Shown here: piece after piece, positions 29,687-38,884 of the stretch
Numbering within the stretch: the stretch's first letter is position 1
How the letters are laid out: the number at the start of each line of letters is the position of its first letter
Position numbers and translations under genes: made by a program
Source: an uncultured Sediminibacterium sp.
GTDB lineage: Bacteria > Bacteroidota > Bacteroidia > Chitinophagales > Chitinophagaceae
NCBI GenBank assembly: GCA_964560215.1
Contig: CAZLKW010000001.1
Span: 10,525-74,524 of the forward strand
Reading direction: 5' to 3'
DNA: 64,000 nucleotides
The notes under the pieces: generated by a model
Databases searched by the model: none
What the model saw: the letters and a program-made list of their open reading frames with translations, nothing else
What the model was told of the DNA's origin: nothing

Positions 29687-31399
29687 TTATCCGTGGAAGA
29701 ATGCCACAATAAAATAAGTGATTGCAGCAAGTATTGCACTAACAGGGATGGTTAGGACCCAAGCCCAAAGTAAGTTGGTTGTTACACCCCATCTTACTGC
29801 ACTCAATCTTTTTGTTGCACCAACACCAATGATTGAACCTGTAATTGTATGTGTTGTTGAAACAGGTATTCCCATTTGGCCAGTAAAGAAGAGCGTGAAC
29901 GCACCTGCTGTTTCTGCAGCAACACCTTCTAATGGAGTAACTTTTGTGATTTTAGAACCCATTGTTTTTACAATTTTCCAACCACCACTCATTGTACCTA
30001 ATCCAATAGCTAAATAACAAGCTACCGGAACCCAGTTAGGTAGTGATGCAAAATCTTGAATACTTCCACTTGCAATCAAAGCGGCACCAATGATACCCAT
30101 TACTTTCTGGGCGTCATTACCACCATGACCAATACTAAATGCAGCAGAACTAAATAACTGTAGTTTTTTAAACATATTACCTACGGTTAAAGCCGTTGGC
30201 GTCTTTATCTTCTCTACATATAAATAAATCAACATGAAAATTAGAGAAGCCCCAAATATACCGTTTACGATCACTGTATTATCTGCCTTGTCAATTTCAG
30301 TAGCAAATGTCTTTTCGATATTAAACTTCTCAATTTTTGCCTTCACCTTGTCAATATTTTTAGGCTGGATTGGGTAGATGGCATTGATTGCAAATAAAGC
30401 AGAATCCATGCTGATTGAACCAGCTAAATAATCTTTAAGCGGCTTTTTATAATCTTCAGTGATCACTTTCGCTTGATCATATTCTTTCTTTGCTGAATCA
30501 TTTTCAGGCGCTTTTGCTTCAAGCACTAAAAAATCATTTGCGTTTCTAACCGCATCTTTTAGTTTGCTTACAGCTATTTGATCTAACCATCCACTATCTT
30601 TAGCCACTTTTGCAATATAATTGGCACTGGTTTTGTCAAAGTTTTCGATGTAAGGATGCACATGAACAAAACTTGCATTTGCTTTCGCCAGCTTTTCATT
30701 TGCTATTGCAATTTTTTGCAATAAGATCGTGTCTGCATTTTTCTCTTCCAATTCGGCTGTCAAATTAGCAACCTCCACTTTGTATTTATCTATTCCGTAA
30801 AATTTTTGCGCATTTTCATTCATCTTGTTATTTTCAAAATAATCAAACAAGAATGCAGTTAATATTGTCACTACAACAATGATACCAAGTCGATACCATA
30901 CGTTACGCATGATTGTTACAACTGTGATAAACATAGAGATAATAATACCAATAATTGGCGCTAAGAAAATAAACAATACCGTTTTAATAATCGTTTCAGC
31001 ATCTACAATTTTAGCCCAAGAAAAATTAATGCCTTTTATTGACAACGCATGTGCTATCGCAGCCCCAGCAAATCCTCCAATCAAAGTATGTGATGAAGAA
31101 GATGGAATACCATACCACCATGTTAGTAGATTCCAAAATATTGCCGCCATTAATCCGGAAAAAATAACTGGCAAAGTGATAAACTCTTTGTAAACTGTTT
31201 TACTAATTGAGTTAGCTACTGCGTGGTCTTTGAAAATCCAGAATGCCACTGAATTAAACAATGCAGCCCAAAGTACGGCTTGAAAAGGTGTCAATACTTT
31301 TGTTGAAACCACTGTAGCTATTGAATTAGCGGCGTCATGAAAACCATTGATATAGTCAAATATAAGCGCAAGCGCTATAATGATGATTAATAAACTCAT
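29687..31399 (-). CDS. PiT family inorganic phosphate transporter with large internal soluble insertion
   Basis: NGFHDAANSIAT, GIPSSSSH, HGGNDAQK, PVSTTH signature motifs. Confidence 0.93.
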   Translation of the reverse strand: MSLLIIIIALALIFDYINGFHDAANSIATVVSTKVLTPFQAVLWAALFNSVAFWIFKDHAVANSISKTVYKEFITLPVIFSGLMAAIFWNLLTWWYGIPSSSSHTLIGGFAGAAIAHALSIKGINFSWAKIVDAETIIKTVLFIFLAPIIGIIISMFITVVTIMRNVWYRLGIIVVVTILTAFLFDYFENNKMNENAQKFYGIDKYKVEVANLTAELEEKNADTILLQKIAIANEKLAKANASFVHVHPYIENFDKTSANYIAKVAKDSGWLDQIAVSKLKDAVRNANDFLVLEAKAPENDSAKKEYDQAKVITEDYKKPLKDYLAGSISMDSALFAINAIYPIQPKNIDKVKAKIEKFNIEKTFATEIDKADNTVIVNGIFGASLIFMLIYLYVEKIKTPTALTVGNMFKKLQLFSSAAFSIGHGGNDAQKVMGIIGAALIASGSIQDFASLPNWVPVACYLAIGLGTMSGGWKIVKTMGSKITKVTPLEGVAAETAGAFTLFFTGQMGIPVSTTHTITGSIIGVGATKRLSAVRWGVTTNLLWAWVLTIPVSAILAAITYFIVAFFHG

Positions 31400-31409
31400 T
31401 GTAAATAGA

Positions 31410-32057
31410 TTAAGCGTACTTGATAATAATTGATTCAATCACATTTGACACATCTTCAATTTTATCAGTAGCAATTTCAAGTACTTGATAGATTTCTCTT
31501 TTCTTAATCACTTCTTTGAAATCATTTTCTTGTTCAAATAATTTCTCAATACTCATATCAAACACATCATCTGCCTGATTTTCGATACTATTTATCTTAA
31601 TCATAGCATCTGTCATTTCTTTGATATTCTTCATGTTACGCAAACCAAGTACTGCTTTCTTTGTTTCTTGAGTTCCTTGTAAAACCAGTTCGGCTAATTT
31701 ATGGATTCCCGTATCATTAGGGTTTACCTTATAGAAATTAATTTTTTTAGCAGAAGCGTAAATATAATCTGCAATATCATCTAATGAAGTAGCTAGGTAG
31801 TGGATATCCTCTCTATCAAATGGTGTGATGAAATTTCTACCTAATTCCGTGAAAATATTATGTGTTAATTCGTCGTTTTTATGCTCTAGATTTTCGATCT
31901 GAGCTAAAATATTTGCTCTTATATCTATATCTGGTTCATTTACCATTTCTTTTAATTTAACACCCATTTCATTTACGTGTTCAGCTACTTCTTCAAAAAG
32001 TTGAAAAAAAACCCTGTCTTTTGGTAAAAAAATCTTCATAATTGAGTTAAAGTCCAT
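31410..32057 (-). CDS. DUF47 / PhoU-like Pit accessory protein
   Basis: FITPFDREDIH.LA..LDDI; adjacent to pit. Confidence 0.93.
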   Translation of the reverse strand: MDFNSIMKIFLPKDRVFFQLFEEVAEHVNEMGVKLKEMVNEPDIDIRANILAQIENLEHKNDELTHNIFTELGRNFITPFDREDIHYLATSLDDIADYIYASAKKINFYKVNPNDTGIHKLAELVLQGTQETKKAVLGLRNMKNIKEMTDAMIKINSIENQADDVFDMSIEKLFEQENDFKEVIKKREIYQVLEIATDKIEDVSNVIESIIIKYA

Positions 32058-32139
32058 AATTTGTAATTTGGTGTTATTTTAGTCTGTAAATTTCCTCAAA
32101 ATTGACCTAATGAGGAGCGCTCGTATATTACGAAATTGT

Positions 32140-32266
32140 TAACAAAAGGCAGGTATAAAACGCTGCCAACCAACGTGAAAGGACTGACCATCTGAGGTAA
32201 TGAAAAGGGGAGTACGGTTGCCCGACTCCCCTATAAAATCCATAGCTTTCCCCCAAAAGCTATGGC
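32140..32266 (-). ncRNA. Candidate structured sRNA or leader RNA
   Basis: Three GC-rich hairpins in AT-rich DNA; GCAA tetraloop and U-tracts on the minus strand; no family assignment. Confidence 0.5.
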
Positions 32267-32287
32267 GAAATTCATACTTTTTGAAAA

Positions 32288-32309
32288 GTTTACTTAGAAT
32301 TAAGTAAAC
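32288..32309. promoter_or_regulatory. Palindromic operator candidate
   Basis: GTTTACTTA-gaat-TAAGTAAAC perfect 9-bp inverted repeat. Confidence 0.5.
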
Positions 32310-32399
32310 AAACCTGTGAAGTAATAGGTTATTTCTTATTTTTATATGGTAATATTACATAATAAATAAGTTACTTTCCTAATTAATTATTGATAATCA

Positions 32400-33803
32400 A
32401 TGCGTTATAAAATAAGTATATTTTCTCTTTTTTTCACTATTTTACTAAATACACCTCGAGTAAATGGTCAATTTGTTCCTTGTGAGAAAGCCTATACAGT
32501 TCAATTTAACCCAATTTTGCAGAAAATTACCCAGTTATCTGACTATAATGGGAGCATAATACTCGGTAATAGTACTAAAATTTTGCCATTGCAAGGGACA
32601 ACTTTTGACCCCAATGGACAGGAATTGATTAAGAATAATGGTAAAATTTATATCATTATAGATCAAACAGGCTTCATTTTTCAAATGTCAGACCCGGTTG
32701 GGGACAGTGTTGTTTTTAGAAAAATCGATAATACGATCAATATCAACTATAATATAGATTGTACCAATTTTATATACAAGGATGAGATTTACAATTATGG
32801 AGGCTATGGATTTTGGACAAAAACCCCACATGTCAGAAAATTTAATACAACTGACCAAGAATGGGATATAATACCCACTAATATCGAGGTTTATACTGCT
32901 AATTATGAATGGTTCTCACCAACTGAGGGCAGATTGTATGTGCCTTTTCAAAAATTTGAGAATAAAGGATTGAAGGATCCAGCCCTAAATAATGGCGTAT
33001 TTTATTACTCAAGTCATTACTTAGATATTAAAACTGCTGAATGGATAAAAATTGGCAAAATCTCCAACGAACTCATAAAGCTACTTGATAAAAAAAGTAA
33101 TTATCCAAACTACGACTATGATAATGGAAGAATTTTCATTATCAATGATGAAGCTTATTTATTAGATTATGTTCATAATAAAATATATAAATCTAAGAGA
33201 GCGGATTTGAATCAGTTTTTTATTCGTAATTCAGTGGACATGACTGTCTTTTTTTACAAAGGACAATTTTATAAATACCAACTTAGTACCAAATCATTTA
33301 AGAATTGGGCATTAAATATGAACGACTTCCAGTTATTGGATTTTCCAATCTGGGGTTTTGATTATAAAATTGCGATGACTATAATAGTCTTCGTTAGTAT
33401 TTTAATTATGATTGTATTTTTAGGATGGTTGTTTAATAAAAGTGTAAAAAAGAAAATCGAAAAAGCACAATTAAAAGCTTTAAAAGCTAAATCAATCAAT
33501 CAAGCTTTTACAGAAATAGAATTATGCTTAATTCAGTTATTAATTGACGCATATCGATCCAAACACAACGTTGAAATAGCTGAGATAAACCATGTGCTTG
33601 GGATTAAGGATAAAAACATAGGACTTCAGAAAAAAGTTAGAAGCGATGTCATGAACTCCATTAATGACAAATATATGTTTATCACTCAAAGAGATACAGG
33701 CATGATAGGCAGTATTCGTAAAGAGGATGATAAAAGATTTTTTGAATACTTTATCATTGAGTCTGAATTAAAAACAGTTCAGAAATTGATAGAAAAGGAT
33801 TAA
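32400..33803 (+). CDS. Hypothetical bitopic protein: exported Kelch-like domain, TM, cytoplasmic putative DNA-binding domain
   Basis: Signal peptide, IYNYGGYGFW Kelch-like motif, TM near aa 325-345, basic helical C-terminus. Confidence 0.6.
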   Translation: MRYKISIFSLFFTILLNTPRVNGQFVPCEKAYTVQFNPILQKITQLSDYNGSIILGNSTKILPLQGTTFDPNGQELIKNNGKIYIIIDQTGFIFQMSDPVGDSVVFRKIDNTININYNIDCTNFIYKDEIYNYGGYGFWTKTPHVRKFNTTDQEWDIIPTNIEVYTANYEWFSPTEGRLYVPFQKFENKGLKDPALNNGVFYYSSHYLDIKTAEWIKIGKISNELIKLLDKKSNYPNYDYDNGRIFIINDEAYLLDYVHNKIYKSKRADLNQFFIRNSVDMTVFFYKGQFYKYQLSTKSFKNWALNMNDFQLLDFPIWGFDYKIAMTIIVFVSILIMIVFLGWLFNKSVKKKIEKAQLKALKAKSINQAFTEIELCLIQLLIDAYRSKHNVEIAEINHVLGIKDKNIGLQKKVRSDVMNSINDKYMFITQRDTGMIGSIRKEDDKRFFEYFIIESELKTVQKLIEKD

Positions 33804-35365
33804 AATTTTGGCCCTGCATCGATGATTGCAGCTTCAACACCTGCTTCAAATTTTTTGAAATTATTTTGGAATAATTCAGCTAAATAAATCCGCTGTTCTC
33901 CATATTTAATTTTGTCATCCCATGTGTTTTCTGGTTGTAAGATTGTTGCATCTACCCCATCGACATGTTTGGGAATTTTGAAATTAAAAACTGGGAAATT
34001 TTCGTAGCCCCCTTTCTCAATGGTTTCATTTAAGACGGCCTCAATCATTTTGCGTGTATAATTTAAAGACATTCTTTTGCCTGTTCCATATGCGCCTCCA
34101 GACCATCCAGTATTGATTAACCAAACCCTACATTTATTTTCTTCTATTTTTTCGCCTAATAGTTTGGCATAAACCCCTGGGTGAAGTGGCATAAATGGCG
34201 CACCAAAACAACTGCTAAATGTTGCTTTAGGCGATTTAATACCTTCTTCGGTTCCGGCAATTTTTGCCGTATAGCCACTAATGAATTGATACATTGCTTG
34301 TTCTGCTGATAACTTACTTATAGGAGGTAATATGCCGTAGGCATCACAGGTAAGAAAGAAAATATTTTTAGGTACAGCGCCAATAGAAGGACGAACTATA
34401 TTATGGATATGTTCAATAGGATAACTTACTCTAGTATTCTCGGTAATGGTTGCATTACTATAGTCTACTTTGTTTGAACCATCAAAAAATACGATGTTTT
34501 CTAATAGTGCGCCTGGCTTTATTGCGCCATAGATATCCGGTTCATTTTCTGCAATTAAATTAATGGTTTTTGCATAACAGCCTCCTTCGAAATTAAAAAC
34601 TGAATCATTTGCCCACCCATGTTCGTCGTCGCCTATCAATTTTCTTTTAGGATCTGCGCTTAATGTAGTTTTCCCTGTTCCGCTTAAACCAAAAAATAAA
34701 GCCACCTCTCCCGCTGCCCCTTCATTTGCACTACAGTGCATACTTAATACCTGTTTGGTATGAGGTAATAAAAAGTTTAATACAGAAAAAATTCCCTTTT
34801 TAATTTCTCCTGTATAGGCTGATCCTCCTATTAATATTGTTTTTTCAGTAAATGAAATGATAGAAAAATTTTCTGCTAAGGTACCATCTACCGAAGGGTC
34901 TGCTTTAAAATTTGGCGCATGAATAATTTGCCATTCAGGCTCAAAATTTTCTAACTCATTTTCAGCCGGTCTAATAAACATGTTATTTGCAAACAAGGCG
35001 CTCCAAGAAAGTTCACTGAATAACCTTAATGGTAATTGATATTTTTTATCGGCACAAGCGAATGCATCCCGAACCCAAACTTCTTTCTGCGCTTCTAAAT
35101 ATGAAATCATCTTATCTCGAAGCGGATTAAAATACTTCGCATCCATTGCATGATTAAAACCACCCCAGTCAATTACACTTTCCGTTATCGCATCTTTTAT
35201 AAAAAATTTATTCTCAGGACTACGCCCAGTAAATTTCCCTGTATTGACACATAGTGCACCATTGTCTGCCAGCTTACCTTGTCCAAGCTCGATCGTATGT
35301 TCAACTAATTCCTTAACCGTATTTTGATAATGCACCACTGGTTTAGAGAAAATAAATTTTGACAT
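33800..35365 (-). CDS. pckA: Phosphoenolpyruvate carboxykinase (ATP)
   Basis: TGRSP, MHCSAN, GLSGTGKTTLS, LIGDDEHGW, FNFEGGCYAK. Confidence 0.97.
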   Translation of the reverse strand: MSKFIFSKPVVHYQNTVKELVEHTIELGQGKLADNGALCVNTGKFTGRSPENKFFIKDAITESVIDWGGFNHAMDAKYFNPLRDKMISYLEAQKEVWVRDAFACADKKYQLPLRLFSELSWSALFANNMFIRPAENELENFEPEWQIIHAPNFKADPSVDGTLAENFSIISFTEKTILIGGSAYTGEIKKGIFSVLNFLLPHTKQVLSMHCSANEGAAGEVALFFGLSGTGKTTLSADPKRKLIGDDEHGWANDSVFNFEGGCYAKTINLIAENEPDIYGAIKPGALLENIVFFDGSNKVDYSNATITENTRVSYPIEHIHNIVRPSIGAVPKNIFFLTCDAYGILPPISKLSAEQAMYQFISGYTAKIAGTEEGIKSPKATFSSCFGAPFMPLHPGVYAKLLGEKIEENKCRVWLINTGWSGGAYGTGKRMSLNYTRKMIEAVLNETIEKGGYENFPVFNFKIPKHVDGVDATILQPENTWDDKIKYGEQRIYLAELFQNNFKKFEAGVEAAIIDAGPKF

Positions 35366-35551
35366 GCGCTTAATTTGTTTAAAGTTAATGCAATTAAGTT
35401 GAGTTAAAAATGATCAAGATCAGCTTTTGCAAAACCAATTTTTAAAAGAAAAACGTAATGTCATCTTAATGTCAAAATATGGTTCTTAAAGCTCAATTCT
35501 TGCTTATATAATTATACAGATCTATGAATCAGGTGCACCTTTGCATTCTGA

Positions 35552-37657
35552 ATGAAAAAACACTATTTTCTTATAACCTATTTGACGCTTTTGATTGCAG
35601 GAATCTTGCAAGCACAAACTCCTGTCATTAAAGACACATTGGATCAAAATGCAGATAGTGTTGTTGTTACAGCAACCAGGACGGAACGAAAATTAAGTAA
35701 TCTTACGGTGCCGGTAACCATCATCAATGCAAAGACCATCCAACAAAACGGCTCTTTACGCTTGACAGATATTTTAAAAGAACAAACCGGCCTTAATCTA
35801 ACGAGTGGGTTTGGAGCAGGTATTCAATTACAGGGCTTAAATCCAGACTACACCATTATTTTGATAAATGGAGAACCCTTGGTTGGAAGAACAGCAGGTG
35901 TTTTGGACTTAAATAGAATTGCGCTAGGTAATATTAAAAAAATTGAAATAGTAAAAGGGCCCTCTTCAAGTTTGTATGGTAGCGAAGCAATGGCTGGCGT
36001 TATCAATATTATTACAGATGCTGCAATTGGAGTACCGCTAAGTGTGGGATTTAGGTACGGCACTTATAATACCATTGACGCGAATGTGGAAACGAAATTG
36101 AATTCAAGAAAAATCGCCTATCAAGGTTTTTATAATTTATACAATACAGATGGATATAGTATTCGTCCAAACAGCAATAGTCGAGTGACTACGCCTATTG
36201 AAAGGTATACGAGTACACAGCAATTAAAATGGCAATTCAACCCAAAGACAAATATTTTGTTAAATGCACGATATACAAATGAGCAAATTCAAAATGAAAT
36301 CGCCGTTGCTAATAATGGAGTAACTATTTATTCGATAGGGAAAGAATCCATCAACGATTTAAACTTATCTACTACTTTAAATCATCGCTTTTCGGAAAAG
36401 CTAAAAACAAGTTTTAGGGCCTACAATACAACCTATGACGCAGTTCAAAATTTAGTTACCATCAATGGTCAACCTTATCGAGATGTCTTGAATCATAATT
36501 TTAAAAGAATTGAAAATCAAACAGATTGGGATATTCAAAAAAATGTACAAGTTGTTTTTGGAATGGGTGCGGTATGGGAAGGGGTAAAAAGTAGCAGGTA
36601 TGATAGCGAGAAAATAAGGAAGCAAAATGAAATTCATTATGCATTCACGCAAATAGAATGGAAACCCATCGAAAAATTCACAATTATTGGAGGGGTAAGA
36701 TTTGATAATAATACGCAGTTTGCCTCTGCATTCAGTCCAAAGGTTTCGATGTTGTATAAATTAAACCAGCAACATCAGTTTAGGCTAAGTGTTGGACAAG
36801 GGTTTAAAGCACCAGATTTTAGACAGCTCTTTTTGGACTTTACCAATGCGGCTGCTGGAAGCTATAGTGTTTATGGTGTAGCTCAAGCACAGCAAGTGAT
36901 TGCTAAATTAGATGCTCTTGGACAAATTGGTAATTTATTCCCTAGTTATTATCAATTAAAATCTTTGAAGCCAGAATACTCAAACGGCATCCACTTTACA
37001 TGGGACTGGAAAGTCAGTGAACGTTCAAATGTTTCGGCTCAATTTTTCAGAAATGATATAACCAATTTAATCGAATCACAACAAGTGGGCACTTATGTAA
37101 CTGGTGCGCAGATTTACAGTTACTTAAATATAGGTCGTGCGTTTACGACAGGCTTTGAGTTGGAAGGGCAATATAAATTGAATCCGAATTGGACAATTAG
37201 CGGAGGTTATCAATATTTAGTGACAGGAGACAAAGATCAAATTAAAGAAATAAAATCTGGTACTGTTTATACAAAAAATAGCCAAGGCTATAGTAGGCTC
37301 TTAACGATGAAAGAATATGTAGGCTTGCCAAATACTAGTAAACACAAACTACAGTTTAAATTAAATTATAATTCCCCCAAGGGTTATTACTTGAATGCAA
37401 GAGCCATTTATAGAAGTCGTTGGGCTGTTAATAATAACAATGGTAACGAGGTTTTTGACGATGGCGATGTTTTTGCTAGTGGTTATGTTGCCATCAACAG
37501 TGCTACTGGCAAAACATTCAAGAATGGATTGACTACGCAAGCTGGTGTTGATAATATCACCAATTATATTGACGCAGCCAATTTACCAAACTTACCAGGA
37601 AGGACATTTTATATGAGCATTAAATATCAAATTCAAAACAGAACAAAGAAATTTTAA
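35552..37657 (+). CDS. TonB-dependent receptor, probable heme uptake (HmuR-like)
   Basis: VVVTATRT, EIVKGPSSSLYGSEA, GFKAP; co-oriented with HmuY. Confidence 0.88.
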   Translation: MKKHYFLITYLTLLIAGILQAQTPVIKDTLDQNADSVVVTATRTERKLSNLTVPVTIINAKTIQQNGSLRLTDILKEQTGLNLTSGFGAGIQLQGLNPDYTIILINGEPLVGRTAGVLDLNRIALGNIKKIEIVKGPSSSLYGSEAMAGVINIITDAAIGVPLSVGFRYGTYNTIDANVETKLNSRKIAYQGFYNLYNTDGYSIRPNSNSRVTTPIERYTSTQQLKWQFNPKTNILLNARYTNEQIQNEIAVANNGVTIYSIGKESINDLNLSTTLNHRFSEKLKTSFRAYNTTYDAVQNLVTINGQPYRDVLNHNFKRIENQTDWDIQKNVQVVFGMGAVWEGVKSSRYDSEKIRKQNEIHYAFTQIEWKPIEKFTIIGGVRFDNNTQFASAFSPKVSMLYKLNQQHQFRLSVGQGFKAPDFRQLFLDFTNAAAGSYSVYGVAQAQQVIAKLDALGQIGNLFPSYYQLKSLKPEYSNGIHFTWDWKVSERSNVSAQFFRNDITNLIESQQVGTYVTGAQIYSYLNIGRAFTTGFELEGQYKLNPNWTISGGYQYLVTGDKDQIKEIKSGTVYTKNSQGYSRLLTMKEYVGLPNTSKHKLQFKLNYNSPKGYYLNARAIYRSRWAVNNNNGNEVFDDGDVFASGYVAINSATGKTFKNGLTTQAGVDNITNYIDAANLPNLPGRTFYMSIKYQIQNRTKKF

Positions 37658-37690
37658 TAAACAATCTTAATAAATCAAAACAAATAAATC

Positions 37691-38338
37691 ATGAAAAAGA
37701 GTGTATCAAAAATCGCGATGGTGTTAGGATTAAGTATTGCAATGGTGGCTTGTTCAAAAGATGAGGATACTGTTGTGGTGCCAGTGAGTGCAGTAACAGT
37801 AAAAGACCTTGCCGCAGATACAGTAACGGGTATTGGACCTGATGGTAGACCTCAAAGTGCAGGAACAATCACTTATTATAGTTTAGTGGATAATAAGCAG
37901 ATTGCTTCAACGGATGCAGCGACTACAAAATGGGATATAGCGTTTACGTCAACTAAAATTTTAGTAAATAGTGGAACAAGTGGCCCTGGTTTAGGAGGTG
38001 CATTTGTTTTCAAAGGCTTGTTCGATGATTTAAAAACAATTCCAACAGATTCTACTTTTGCAACAGATAATGCAAATGCATCTTCTTTTGCTATACCATG
38101 GGGAAGTGGAAGAGGTTGGTATACCTATGATGGTTTAACTACTTTGGTGAATCCAATTGCTGGACGTGTTTTGGTGATTAGAACAGCTGCAGGAAAATAT
38201 GCAAAAATCGAAATCCTAAACTATTATAAAGGTGGCGTAACTTTAGCAGCAACAGCAGCGGATATGGACAAATTGACTAAACAACGTTATTATACATTTA
38301 GATATGCTTATCAGCCAAATGGTTCAACAACGTTTTAA
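37691..38338 (+). CDS. HmuY family heme-binding lipoprotein
   Basis: Lipobox VAC, WDIAF, GWYTY, VIRTAAGKYAKIEILNYY. Confidence 0.88.
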   Translation: MKKSVSKIAMVLGLSIAMVACSKDEDTVVVPVSAVTVKDLAADTVTGIGPDGRPQSAGTITYYSLVDNKQIASTDAATTKWDIAFTSTKILVNSGTSGPGLGGAFVFKGLFDDLKTIPTDSTFATDNANASSFAIPWGSGRGWYTYDGLTTLVNPIAGRVLVIRTAAGKYAKIEILNYYKGGVTLAATAADMDKLTKQRYYTFRYAYQPNGSTTF

Positions 38339-38820
38339 GACTTTGCTTTAAAGCTCCAAGTGATTAAAAACTCCGCAACGGTTTCGTTCGCGGAGTTTTT
38401 TCCTTTAGAAAGTGTTGTGATTGTTTTTCCTTCACCAGTGGCAATAGATTCGTTGATTGCTGCTTGAATTGCTGCCCCGTCTTCGCATGTAAACAAAATA
38501 GTTCCTGTTGCTTTCTTCACAAAGTTCACTTCTAGTTTTACAACTAGCATGCTAATCTTAGGATTGCGTTTGTAGACTTGTCCAAAAGCCAACATCCCTG
38601 AACACATTTCTGCAGCCATTGCCTCTACTGCGAAATAGACTGACTTGAATGGGTTTTTACTAAACCAGCTATATTTTATTTTTACTGTACAGCTATTTGC
38701 ATCAAAATGATGAATTCTTAATCCCGAAAAAAATGCGGCAGGTAGTTTTTGAAATAAAAAAAATCTAAAAGATATAGGGTTGCTAATTAGCTTACTAAAT
38801 TGATTAAAATTAGGGTTCAT
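38335..38820 (-). CDS. DUF4442 / hotdog-fold thioesterase
   Basis: KLPAAFFSG, NPFKSVYFA, F.KKATG.I.F. Confidence 0.85.
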   Translation of the reverse strand: MNPNFNQFSKLISNPISFRFFLFQKLPAAFFSGLRIHHFDANSCTVKIKYSWFSKNPFKSVYFAVEAMAAEMCSGMLAFGQVYKRNPKISMLVVKLEVNFVKKATGTILFTCEDGAAIQAAINESIATGEGKTITTLSKGKNSANETVAEFLITWSFKAKS

Positions 38821-38884
38821 AACCTTTGAATTATAGTTAAATATAATAGATAAACCTTAATTTAGTAAACTTAAACGAAGCTTT

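Noticed and set aside
35480-35550. Fur box upstream of the heme receptor
   Set aside because: Only a weak AT-rich resemblance; cannot be supported by eye
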